A stretch of 57,474 nt of DNA, counting the filler, from Asterionella formosa (taxonomy: Eukaryota): the NCBI GenBank assembly GCA_002256025.1. It is 6 parts of 6 records of this genome, joined end to end, with 100 filler letters (N's around TTAATTAATTAA, not from the genome) between each part and the next. Parts side by side here need not be neighbours in the genome. Positions count along the whole stretch, not along the records: positions 19,228 to 28,735 come from NKIB01010592.1; positions 28,836 to 38,322 come from NKIB01010604.1; 4 more parts are not named here. The stretch is one strand, 5' to 3'. Below are positions 23,143 to 34,275 of the stretch, piece by piece. A program made the translations under genes and the position numbers. How positions within the stretch are numbered: the first letter of the stretch is position 1; each line of letters opens with the position of its first letter. The notes beneath the pieces are model-generated. The model worked only from the letters and a program-made list of their open reading frames with translations, was not told the origin of the DNA and searched no databases.

Positions 23143-24351
23143 TTATGTTCCATCATTGCCTGGTTGGTAAGTTGAATGATTGATACCAATACACCTTATT
23201 AGGTGCTTACCTGGGATTGTTCCACCTTGTTCACCTCTTATCACAATCTCCTCTTGCTTTGTTGCCCCTAATCTGGTCACTTCGAACTTTGCTCCACAAA
23301 CTTGTTTGGCAACCTCAATAGCCGTCTGTGTGTGAAGGGTAAGAGATCCAGTCAGAATCTCAGAAGAACCTGAAGCAAGGGCCATGTATATAATAAGTTG
23401 GTCTTGAAGCCATTCATCAACACACCCACCATCAGAAAGATTTTTGGCCAACTCATTTGCAGCTTCTTTGCCAATTTCCTTGGCATTTGTTTTAAAACTG
23501 CCCAAAGCAGATCCAGCCAACAAGCAGCTTGTTGAAGTCTTTGCTATAATCAAGATGCCAGATCCGCTACCAATGCAATTCTTATCTATAATTTCATCAA
23601 CTTGGGGTATGATTTCAGGATAAAGTGGTTGCAGGAATGACTTGGCTGCTTTGGTCATCACGCCGGCTACATATGCTGGGACATTGCCAGCAACAAATGA
23701 TCGAATGTAGATTTCAGTGACTTCTCCTCGTTCTGTCAATTGTATTGGATTCAATGATGCAGTCCACGGTTTTATTGTTAAACAGACTTCGCCACCACCT
23801 CGTGGATAGTAGCCTCGTTTTTTGACTATGGATTGAATATGCCACTGAGGAATGCGAAAGAATCGTTCCAACGTTGGCAGGAAGACTGTGACCCAATAGT
23901 CATATTGAGGTGCCATAGTAGCATTGGTGCCTCCTTTTAGGATCAATTTTGTGTCTTCAGTTGTTCCAAAAAGAGCACACGGTAAGGCGGTCTGCAGTAG
24001 TAAACAAATAGAACCAGCAGTCTTGGTATCGCCAGTGAAGCAACGATCAAGTGATTCATTGCCTCCCCTCCTAGCCCAGTCTGGATCATATTGTATACTC
24101 TGCGACGATAGCTGGTCTCCCTCCAAGCCACCACCACAAATCTGGCAGGCTAGTTGTAAGCCAGTCAGGTGCTGGCTTGCCAAACCCGGCTTCGACCTTC
24201 CTGCTCGTATGTTATCTATACGGATGGCCTTTTTTAGAATCGCCGCATAGCTCATGGAGTTCCGAAGCACTTGGCCTCCTCCTTCACCTTGAGATCCATC
24301 AATGAATAAGGATTTTTTGAGAGCAACAGCATTCCTTCCTTGGCCTGCCAT
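23143..24351 (-). CDS. RTCA: RNA 3'-terminal phosphate cyclase
   Basis: IDGSQGEGGGQVLR, NIRAGRSKPGLASQH, TAGSICLLLQ, LKGGTNATMAP, RGYYPRGGG, DEWLQDQL, and LTLHTQTA (adenylated His). Intronless. Confidence 0.95.
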   Translation of the reverse strand: MAGQGRNAVALKKSLFIDGSQGEGGGQVLRNSMSYAAILKKAIRIDNIRAGRSKPGLASQHLTGLQLACQICGGGLEGDQLSSQSIQYDPDWARRGGNESLDRCFTGDTKTAGSICLLLQTALPCALFGTTEDTKLILKGGTNATMAPQYDYWVTVFLPTLERFFRIPQWHIQSIVKKRGYYPRGGGEVCLTIKPWTASLNPIQLTERGEVTEIYIRSFVAGNVPAYVAGVMTKAAKSFLQPLYPEIIPQVDEIIDKNCIGSGSGILIIAKTSTSCLLAGSALGSFKTNAKEIGKEAANELAKNLSDGGCVDEWLQDQLIIYMALASGSSEILTGSLTLHTQTAIEVAKQVCGAKFEVTRLGATKQEEIVIRGEQGGTIPGKHLIRCIGINHSTYQPGNDGT

Positions 24352-25046
24352 TCTGTATATATACATGAAATTCTGACTTGACTACGGTATCCCGTTTCCG
24401 TTACCTGGTACATATGATGATTTGACGACAGTATATACATCTCGACCAGGACAAGAATTCGACAACAAAAGACATCAAGCAAAGGATGATGCAAAATGCT
24501 GGAAAGGATCGCAAATCGAGAACTTTACTATAACGACAACTGTGTGTTCTCGATAGTACAAACCGTCTTCTACCATTCTAATTTTTAGAAGCAACGAGTA
24601 AAGTCATCCATGCCTCGAATTTCTTCCTCTTGCTATCCTACATATAGCCTGTGGTGGCTATATATGATCACACCCATTTTAACCACTTATTATGATACTC
24701 GAGTGCAAAAGATAGACTTTACAGTGTCATTATTTATTTCAAAGAAACAGTGCTGACGTTCAAAATCTCTAAGCTGCTAAGCTTAGATAAATAATTGTCA
24801 CCAAATCGAGCATGAGGCTGTGTTGTTAAAGGGAAGTGTCAGTACCTGCCTTCAACCGAGTGAACCGAGGCTCGTGGAGCAAGTAGGTGTATACATTCAT
24901 CGGAAATGATGTGCGTTGATGATACTTAATCCCGTCAATATGGCGAGAATAATGGAAAAATCAGTAGATAGATAGAAGATTGGCTTTTCGTCTAGGATAT
25001 ATTTTCTCTCTTAATTTGGCGGGCTGGCAGGTGTGGAATGCGGTGA

Positions 25047-25913
25047 CTACTCTGACTGCCCACTATCCGTGGGAATGTTCTTGAACAGGTATCCTTCTGC
25101 TTGATATCGAAAGCTGCTACGCACCAATTCCTTGAACTGCTCATTATGAAAGACTTGGACAAGACTAAACTTGACGACTTCATCGAGTGTCTTTTGAGAG
25201 GCAGGAATGAGGCTGGCCGTAGCCTCGTACGCTGGTTCGCGAAGGACGCCATATGGTAGAGCGGAAACGAGAGGCAATACCGAGTTGTACACTGTAGCTG
25301 AGGGAATGAAGGCAGGAGCCAGACTGGTTAAATGGATGAGACCCCATGCATTTGTGTCTGTATTTGGGATGCGCGAAAAAAGAACACGTGATCCAAGAAG
25401 CTTGCTATAGAACGTATCGCTTGCGCGTTCTCGCTTTCGTCGATCGGCATGCGCTTGACCGATAAAGTAATTGTCCCTTTGCCACTCAACATTCTTCCAA
25501 ATAAAGTTGTATAATGGAGTTTTTGTGATCGCGTCGGGATTGACACTGGATTCGTAAATAGTCGAACGGTATTCCTCATAACCTTCGTCATCTGTCTCGG
25601 CAAGGTCTTCGTATTGTTCACTTCGTCGCCCGGGTACTTGCTTCGACCCATCAACATGTTTCGGTGAAATCACGTCCGTATTTTTCGACTTCACCTTATA
25701 ATCGTTACCAAGGATGAATCTTTCAACATGTTGCTCCAACTGGTCTTGGATTTGGTCTCTTCCTTCTTGGCTCTTCAAGTAGTCAAGAAGAGTTTTACTT
25801 CCCACAGCAGAGAAAACACCCATGAATCCATTGATCGTATTGATTTGTCCAGCACTTTCAATGGTCGGTTCGACTTCACTAGCATCATTCCCTCGACGTT
25901 TGCTATCGCTCAT
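25047..25913 (-). CDS. Hypothetical protein
   Basis: ~288-aa uninterrupted ORF with gene-like GC and CpG content. No family recognised. Confidence 0.65.
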   Translation of the reverse strand: MSDSKRRGNDASEVEPTIESAGQINTINGFMGVFSAVGSKTLLDYLKSQEGRDQIQDQLEQHVERFILGNDYKVKSKNTDVISPKHVDGSKQVPGRRSEQYEDLAETDDEGYEEYRSTIYESSVNPDAITKTPLYNFIWKNVEWQRDNYFIGQAHADRRKRERASDTFYSKLLGSRVLFSRIPNTDTNAWGLIHLTSLAPAFIPSATVYNSVLPLVSALPYGVLREPAYEATASLIPASQKTLDEVVKFSLVQVFHNEQFKELVRSSFRYQAEGYLFKNIPTDSGQSE

Positions 25914-26397
25914 GTTGTGCAAATACTATTTTATAGGAGGAATTTCACGGCAGCGATTTGAATGGTGATTGAGTGGACGACTTTAAATCACTCAGACACT
26001 GACAAACAAAACAGAACGAGGAACAACGAATAGATTGATGTCTATATGGTGTCTGAGATGACAACTATAATAACGATATCGAATGGCACACACACTTCTG
26101 CACCGCCATCCTTTGCGCAAACAAGGATCGAGTACATGACAGATTCATACCGGTATGGATGCAGAAGCAAACAATGGAGCAGAGAGTGCGTGTCAAGACT
26201 ATGTCTACGGTTGTCGCTATACATAACGAGCCACGAGGGCTGTGGACTCGACTATAGTCCAATGACTCAAATGGTGCGTTCCTGTGTCAAGAAGCTTGCT
26301 TGTGATATTGATGATTTAGATCAATCAGAAGAAGGCTTACATCAACAAAAATGAAACATGAAGAACAGGTTCTCAAAGTCTGATGAATGGGATTGAT

Positions 26398-27291
26398 NNN
26401 NNNNNNNNNNNNNNNNNNNNNNNNNNNNNNNNNNNNNNNNNNNNNNNNNNNNNNNNNNNNNNNNNNNNNNNNNNNNNNNNNNNNNNNNNNNNNNNNNNNN
26501 NNNNNNNNNNNNNNNNNNNNNNNNNNNNNNNNNNNNNNNNNNNNNNNNNNNNNNNNNNNNNNNNNNNNNNNNNNNNNNNNNNNNNNNNNNNNNNNNNNNN
26601 NNNNNNNNNNNNNNNNNNNNNNNNNNNNNNNNNNNNNNNNNNNNNNNNNNNNNNNNNNNNNNNNNNNNNNNNNNNNNNNNNNNNNNNNNNNNNNNNNNNN
26701 NNNNNNNNNNNNNNNNNNNNNNNNNNNNNNNNNNNNNNNNNNNNNNNNNNNNNNNNNNNNNNNNNNNNNNNNNNNNNNNNNNNNNNNNNNNNNNNNNNNN
26801 NNNNNNNNNNNNNNNNNNNNNNNNNNNNNNNNNNNNNNNNNNNNNNNNNNNNNNNNNNNNNNNNNNNNNNNNNNNNNNNNNNNNNNNNNNNNNNNNNNNN
26901 NNNNNNNNNNNNNNNNNNNNNNNNNNNNNNNNNNNNNNNNNNNNNNNNNNNNNNNNNNNNNNNNNNNNNNNNNNNNNNNNNNNNNNNNNNNNNNNNNNNN
27001 NNNNNNNNNNNNNNNNNNNNNNNNNNNNNNNNNNNNNNNNNNNNNNNNNNNNNNNNNNNNNNNNNNNNNNNNNNNNNNNNNNNNNNNNNNNNNNNNNNNN
27101 NNNNNNNNNNNNNNNNNNNNNNNNNNNNNNNNNNNNNNNNNNNNNNNNNNNNNNNNNNNNNNNNNNNNNNNNNNNNNNNNNNNNNNNNNNNNNNNNNNNN
27201 NNNNNNNNNNNNNNNNNNNNNNNNNNNNNNNNNNNNNNNNNNNNNNNNNNNNNNNNNNNNNNNNNNNNNNNNNNNNNNNNNNNNNNNNNNN
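26398..27291. other. Assembly gap (N run) within scaffold 3
   Basis: N run without linker. Confidence 0.99.
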
Positions 27292-27509
27292 GATTGTTAC
27301 CTACTAGATGATCTCTTTACTTGTTTTTTGGATAGTCCTACTACTACAGCTATGATACTACTATCACCATGGAAAGTTTCAAGGACTACACTGCTTATGT
27401 TACATCTGTTGGGCAGACCTAGTGTATCAGCCATTAAACATCAATGAGCATTTAACAATCGAATTAATTATTAAATTATATGTTCAACATGCAACACCAG
27501 TCGACCACA

Positions 27510-28095
27510 CTTGCATGGACCCCCTCATTATTCAGCATTCTTCTTCGCGATGCGCTCCTGCGAATATTTGACAATCACCAGCAAACGCCACACCATACTG
27601 TTAGTACCGGCATCCGCTTCTTCCAGGATAGCCAGATGTCACACAAAATCGAGCTACAAATCATCTAGCCCCATCATCTACATCACGTTTCGCAACCAAA
27701 GATGAAGAATGGCAAAAAGGACAAGAAAATCACATTAAGTGGCATGATGGAGCCAATAATGTGTCTGGTATGTCAAGGAGCATGTATCATAAATCATGTC
27801 CTTGCCATCCCTGCTGGTCAAACAGCATCATCCAAGATAAAAACCTACCAGTCAGGTACTCACACATACACACTCAAATCCAAGACAACTAACAAATGCA
27901 TTCAAAACTTGCTATCATGGAAACTGGACATGATCAACTTGGCCATGACCCACTAGATCTTGGATTATGCTCCATATGCAGCGCCATGGCAATGGCAATG
28001 ATTATATCCAGGGAACCTAACTGACTAAATGGTCATGCTAGTTAGGTGCTGGAAATCTGACTCATTTCTAATTTACATATGCAAGCAAGAAGTTC
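27510..28095 (+). pseudogene. Tyrosine recombinase relic, DIRS-type retrotransposon
   Basis: AFFFAMRSCEYL (catalytic Arg box), ITFRNQ/KNG, and C-terminal MLVRCWKSDSFLIYICKQ at ~28035-28090, matching a decayed GRWKSDxFLxYIR catalytic Tyr box. Frameshifted. Confidence 0.75.
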
Positions 28096-28735
28096 GTCAG
28101 GCAAAAAATGATCGCAATGAACATTCTTTCATCTGCCACCAGCAAATGCCCCAGCATTCACATCTCGATTGACAAAGGAAGGGCCAGAAGTGCATGCCAC
28201 ATCTCATCTAACATAAATTCGTTGTCACTATAAAGTAGATCAGCAAAAAGCAACTTGACTAACACAGAACCCGGGGACTGGATCCGGATTTGAACCCGGA
28301 TTTTGGGAATGGGACACATTTACTTAGCACTGAATTCAAAAGCCAAGCCATTTAAGCTTTCCCCCCACCGGTATTATTCCTGGCTCGCCATCTTATCCTA
28401 GCATTCTACTATGGACCGATCTACTTCATTCCAGCGAAGCACCTACAAACAAGCTAATACACAGACTATGGTATATATGGAGAAAGAAGAAACGGGGGAG
28501 ACAGTGGGCGCACTCTGATAATAAAAAATTATTATATCATGTGTGTATTATAACACAAATTATTCTGGTGATCTGCTACATAATATCGTCCTTGCGCTCT
28601 GATAGTAGAGATATTTTAGATTACTTCTCTGACATTATATATATTTTTAACTTTAATTTTCAACAGTTAAATTTTCATATCGATGCATCCTCTTGTATGC
28701 TATGCCGCCTCTTGTTCATTATATCCATGAGTTCT

Positions 28736-28835
28736 NNNNNNNNNNNNNNNNNNNNNNNNNNNNNNNNNNNNNNNNNNNNTTAATTAATTAANNNNNNNNN
28801 NNNNNNNNNNNNNNNNNNNNNNNNNNNNNNNNNNN
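28736..28835. other. Artificial scaffold spacer
   Basis: N run with TTAATTAATTAA. Confidence 0.97.
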
Positions 28836-29065
28836 AAAGAACCTGGATATCCACCACTCTTTTGTAGAGTACATTCAATTGTCCGCGGTATACCGGCAGT
28901 AAATATAGAGAAATATAACGTCCATGGATTCACCATTGCTCTAGGTGATTTCGGCGTTAAATGCAAATGATCTACAGGATTGAATATCTTTAAGATAACT
29001 TGACAACCTTTCGGTACTCTGACGTCATATTGTCGCCGAACAGGTCGCGGCGCCTCCTCAATCAT
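28836..29065 (-). CDS. Possible 5' part of a hypothetical gene, truncated by scaffold end
   Basis: Open frame MIEEAPRPVRRQYDV… runs into the spacer. No homology recognised. Confidence 0.3.
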
Positions 29066-29590
29066 TCTGTACCAGGTACCAGGTACCTGGTATCAGAGGG
29101 AGTTCATTGGGGTTCAACTACCGGTATATATCAAAGGAAAACTGAGCAAAATTTCTCATTCACCGCAACTTAAAAGTGCTACAGTAGACCTTGTACCAGG
29201 GGTACCAGGTACCCTTTAGCCCTGTACCTGTAATGACGATTTGGACATGTCGGATATTCACGCCTGAGGATCCAAATGTAAAATACATAATCTGGCTAGC
29301 TCGGATGGCGGTTATCTTTCATTCCTGGCATGATTGTTTTGAATGCTATTTATTTTATATTCTACATAGAATTCGATTTGGCAGGAACTATTTTATGTAG
29401 GGTCAGACTCATTCCCCCAATCTCAAACCACCCACCGCGTATCAAAAAAGATTGGGTTTTTACCGGAGAGCTAGATTCCGTCAGTGTCAGATGCGCGCTC
29501 AGAGAGAATATGTCTGTCTGCCAATCATGAGTGATGTACCGGTACACGTTCGGGAATAAATATACCGGTATGGACATACCGGTATATTAA

Positions 29591-30642
29591 TGTTCCTGCA
29601 TTTCAACCCTAGTTTAGAGGTAGGGTTGCAATTATAATATTGAGTCAGAGTACTCAAACACGCACTTCTTACGAGTAAAACATAAATGTGTATCGCTAAC
29701 GGAGCTTTCCTCAATATACACCCTTTCCATATGCTTAGATACAGTCATTGACAAAAGTAGGGGCACAGGTCAACGTTATATATCGTCAGGATATAGGATC
29801 TGGCGAGAAACTGCAGAAAGGAACTTCGGTTTTTTAACTATGCTATAAAGACTGGAAATTTCGGGGGAAATCACTTTATTTGGCATGTTTAAAAAACCGA
29901 AGTTCCTTTCTGCAGTTTCTCGCCAGAAGTTATATATTGATGCTATTTGAAGATTACATATGTATCTAAATCGGCTTCAGACCCAGCAAATGTTGAGCTA
30001 TTGTTGTCCAAAAATTCGACAAAATCGGCCTTTTCTACGGTCTCTGAATCATTGGAATCAGAACCACTTAGCACCGAAATGTCATCATTGGAATGGTTGT
30101 CTTGTAATGCAATATTTAGTCGTAAAATTTCCAGTACCAAAAATTCCATTGTAAGTGCGCGCAGTATTATATATGTACTGACTGGCTATGACATAATACT
30201 CGACTCCGTTTGATTGTGAGAGGAATTGCAAACCCACACCAGGAGCCACATTGGATACACATGTAACATTTCTTTGGGTGTACCGGTAGGCCGGTAATAT
30301 ATCCAGTGCGGGTACCAGTTTATGATCATCATTGGACATCATACATGTGGTACCTGGTACCATTCGTTCATTGCACTCTCAAATATTTGCTGGAGCCGTC
30401 GGGTCGTATATAAGAAAAATAATCGTTGGTATATATACATACAGTGATGCACCATATCCATGTATATATTTAGCTATTTCCAAAAGGAATCTATGTTCGT
30501 GCGCGCAAATTTCAACTGATTTAAATATTTCAAACGGAATCATGTCATTTAAAAATAGCTCCTATAAATTCTTAGTTCCAGGGAATTTCGGCAACCCTAA
30601 GCAATATTTTAATTTTTGCCTTAGGGTTGAAATGCAGGAACC
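29591..30642. mobile_element. Non-autonomous Kolobok derivative (~1.05 kb)
   Basis: 20-bp TIR gttcctgcatttcaacccta / tagggttgaaatgcaggaac. Flanks are TTAA (left) and TTAT (right). The right ~160 bp (30482-30642) is closely similar to the terminus of the coding element at 50411-50574. Confidence 0.8.
29799..29927. repeat. 39-bp perfect inverted repeat with 51-bp spacer (hairpin or nested MITE)
   Basis: tctggcgagaaactgcagaaaggaacttcggttttttaa (29799-29837) and its exact reverse complement (29889-29927). Confidence 0.9.
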
Positions 30643-30689
30643 TTATATAAAACATATTTACTGGCATGTACTCCTGCATACATGCCAGG

Positions 30690-31010
30690 ACATCGACAAA
30701 TGCGCTCTTCAATTGAATGATGCATGTTTGTTGCATTCCATTCATTTTCATCAGGCTCCTTGAGTTTCTCGTTGTTCCTGTTGATTCTTTCATGTATTTG
30801 TAGCCCATTGCATAGTACGCTGTAGATATTGTGTAGCTCCAAGCCCCGGTGCAGAGGACGCAATTCCAATGCCAGGCCATCGACAAGCAAATGTCCTCTT
30901 CAATTGAATGATGCATGTTGTTGCTTTTCATTCATTTTCATCAGCAAGCTCTCTGAGTTTCTTGTTGATTCTGTTGATTCTTTCATATGTTTTTTGCTCA
31001 TTGCATACAG
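30690..31010. repeat. Diverged direct duplication (~130 bp)
   Basis: catcgacaa…ctcttcaattgaatgatgcatgtt…cattcattttcatcag…ctgttgattctt…cattgcata at ~30690 and ~30878. Confidence 0.7.
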
Positions 31011-31849
31011 TGAAGAGATTTGGTAACAAGAGCAGTCTGATTTGATTGTGTGGCTTTAAATATACACCGCCCTCCATGGTGAGAGGTGGCGCTTACCAGT
31101 GGTAGTAGAATCGCTGTGGTGGTACTAGCTTAGTTTCTTTTGTTTAAATTTGGATGCTTTGACAAAATTGTGTATGTACACTTAGCAAGGGATTTGGATC
31201 TGGTGGACATTAAGGATGTTACGCAGGTTATCCCCCCCCAATCACTACTATCATGGTGGTGAGGATTTTTCGCATTGCAACAGCATAGGTATGCTCGTTC
31301 TCTTCCGGGTCATCCGCATGCATGAGGTCCACTAGTAGAAGATCAAGAATAATCTTGTTAAGCTCAGGAGATATGCCCTCAGCATTGTCTTCCTTGGCTA
31401 CAGGAGCGTGGGCTGCAGTATCCTTTGGGTTGCAAAAAGATAGAACCATATTGGGCTAGAACTTACCTGTGTGTTCAAGATAGCGTGTTAGTCAGCTTTA
31501 CAAACACAGGTGATCTTTGGGTCTTTATTCCTCACAACTACCGATGTCTGCAAATAAAAACAATCATGCATATAGGATCAAGGGTATCATACGCTAAGTG
31601 GCACAGGATTTTTACATAAATGATAGTTTTTGAATCAAAAATATGATCAATGTATCATATAATAATGATCATGCAGTACAATTTTACCGAGCTTGAAGTA
31701 TGATGATATTATCATAGTTATGACACCATTGCATCATATAATTAGATAAACATGGGCCTATGATGTGTATACTTTTCTCATACTAGATCTTCACATGATT
31801 GTAGTTCTCATCGAGATACTGTCTAAAATAGGATGAAACTGATCGAAAC

Positions 31850-32290
31850 TTAGAACTACATTTGAAAACGGATATATGTTTCTATAACATTCTGTAGTCG
31901 ATATGTTTTGCTCTTGTTCCGAGCTGTTGATTCTACTCTGCGATCATTGCACCTGTATTATCCTCATGTAGAATGCTTGGTAGGATGTTTTTGCCAGCCA
32001 CCTGTCACTTCGTTCTAGTAACATTGCAATAAATTTGATCTCTTGAGCACATTGCGAAGGTATTCTGCTTCTGTACTTGATTGAGAGCGTAACTAGGATG
32101 GCTGGCCCTTTGATTGCCAACTGATTAACGCACCACCAATGGTACTAACCAGACGACCCGTAATACTTTTTCGGCTTACCTTATTAGCGGCCCGCCCCAT
32201 TCACTATCAACGTGAGCAATAACCCGTAATTCCTTAGGTTTTCGACTCTTGAGAACTCTGTCCGATTTGCTCGATAAGAATTCAATAACT
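31850..32290 (-). pseudogene. Ty1/Copia RNase H relic
   Basis: Across frames: AHVDSEWG, KSITG, ISWQSKGQ, SSTEAEY, LHEDNTGA, TRAKHID. These are the canonical Copia RNase H motifs in order. Confidence 0.8.
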
Positions 32291-32565
32291 GTTTTGAAAG
32301 AGGATAGGATAGCGAACGACGATGAGGACAAAGGAGGAGGAGAGTAGGTTGAGTCAATTAACGAACCTGACAAGCTCAATAGGAGTTTGTAAGGGAGTAT
32401 GTTAAAAAGAGTGATTATAGTAAAGTAAAAGGAAATAGATATGAACGTAGAAGAAGAGCAACACGGGTAGAGTCAACCATCAGTGTCTGACATACAGACA
32501 TACATGATGGACATGATATTATGGTCGTAGTAAATCAAAAATGAAAAAGTGCCACAATCACCATC

Positions 32566-34275
32566 TACACATCTTGATTCCTCCTTTGATCAATAAATGT
32601 TCTTTATGAGTATATCGGCATATGACTTGATGGCATGGCATTGATCTTGTGAACATCGAATACAATGCTGGATATGAATCATCCTTAAATTGGTGGAGAA
32701 AGGTGGTTTGGAATAGTTTTTGCCACAGCACTGATGATGATCAGTCCACAAGCATCCGAAAATTCACACATCCTGATGCCTCCTTTGATCAAAATATGTT
32801 CGTTCTCAGAATATCGCCATTCGCCATGACGACATTGATCTCGTGTACGTTGAATCCTATGCTGGATAGAAATCAGCTTTAAAATGGCGGAGAAAGGTGG
32901 TTTGGAATTTTTGTTGCCACAGCACTGAGGATGATCAGTCCACAAGCACCGAAAATTTAAACACCATCCTGATGACCATTTTAATAAATATGTGTTCGTT
33001 CTGAGAATATCGATATTCGAAATGACGGGACTATTCTCGTGTACATCGAATACCATGTTGAATATGAATTGGTCTTAAATTGGTGGAGAAAGATGGTTTG
33101 GTATTTTTGTTGCCACAGCACTGATGATCAGTCCACAAGCATCCGAAAATTAACACATCCTGATGCCTCCTTGGATAAACAATGTTCGTTCTCATTATAT
33201 CGACATTTGCCATGACGACAATGATCTCGTGTAAATTGGATACTATGCTGAGATAGAAATCAGCCTTAAAATAGTGGAGACAGATGGCTTGGAACTTCCG
33301 ACGCTACAGCACTGGTCATGCCGCAGTTCACAGCAAGCACCGAAAATTTACACATCGTAATGAACAAATTTATCAATATATTTTCGTTCTTAGTAGATAG
33401 ACATTCATGATGACGGCATTGATGTTGAGGACATCGAATACTATGATTGATATAAATTAGCCTTAAATTGGTGGAGAAAGATGGATCGGAATTTGTTTTG
33501 GTTGCTACAGCCCTGATGATCAGAACACAGGCAGCCACCGAGATTTTACACACCATTATTATGCCTCCATTGATCAATATTTGTTCGTTCTCAGAATATC
33601 GACATTCGCCATGGTGGGATTGATCTCAAGGAAATCGAAAACTAAGCTGGATAGAAATCGGCCTTTAAATTGCTGGAGAAATATGGTTCGGAATTTGTTT
33701 TGCTATAGCGCTGGTGATGATCAGTCCACAAGGACCGAAATTTTACTCATCCTGATGACCAATTGATCAATTTATGTTCGTTCTGAGAATATCATTATTT
33801 GACCTGACGGCATTGATGTTGTGTACATCTAATACTATGCTATAAAGAATCGGCCTTAAATTTGTCAAGAATGATTGTTTGGAATTTTTGTTGGTACATC
33901 ACTGATGATCAGGCCAGCCACAAACACCGAAATTTTACACATCCTAATGACCAATTGGATCTATATATGTTCGTTCTGAGCATATCGCCATTCGAAATGA
34001 TGGCACTGATCTCGTGTACATCGAATGCTATGCTAGAAAGAAATCGGCCTCGAAATGATGGCACTGTTCTCGTATACATCGAAAATGCTATGCTAGATAG
34101 AAGTCGGCCTCAAAATGATGGCACTGATCTTGTTTACATCGAATAATATGCTAGATAGATCTCGCCCTCAAATCGGTGGAGAAAAGTTTTTGGAATTTTG
34201 GTTGCTACAGCACTGGTCATGCATTAGTCCACAGCAAGCTCCGAAATTTTTACACATCCTGATGACAAATCTGAT
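32566..34275. repeat. Tandem satellite, ~195-bp unit, about 8-9 diverged copies
   Basis: Recurring cacatcctgatg…atgttcgttct.agaatatcg…ttgatctcgtgtacatcgaat…ccttaaattggtggagaaag…gatgatcagtccacaagcaccgaaa at ~32566, 32766, 32962, 33154, 33350, 33548, 33745, 33937 and 34252. Confidence 0.9.

Noticed and set aside
23924..24250. Antisense ORFs over real genes (also 4615-5037, 19233-19631, 55407-55865)
   Set aside because: Shadow frames of well-supported opposite-strand CDSs.
26383..27447. Long ORFs of 354 and 306 aa
   Set aside because: Almost entirely X from an N gap.
19318..28095. BRCT + RTCA + recombinase as a functional repair cluster
   Set aside because: The genes are separated by kilobases of decayed DNA, the recombinase is a TE relic, and there is no sign of co-regulation.
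28270..28370. tRNA gene on the minus strand
   Set aside because: A T-arm/B-box-like hairpin is present, but I could not build an acceptor stem or anticodon arm.
32566..34275. CRISPR-like array
   Set aside because: Units are homologous along their full length with no short identical repeat plus unique spacer. No cas genes, and the context is eukaryotic.
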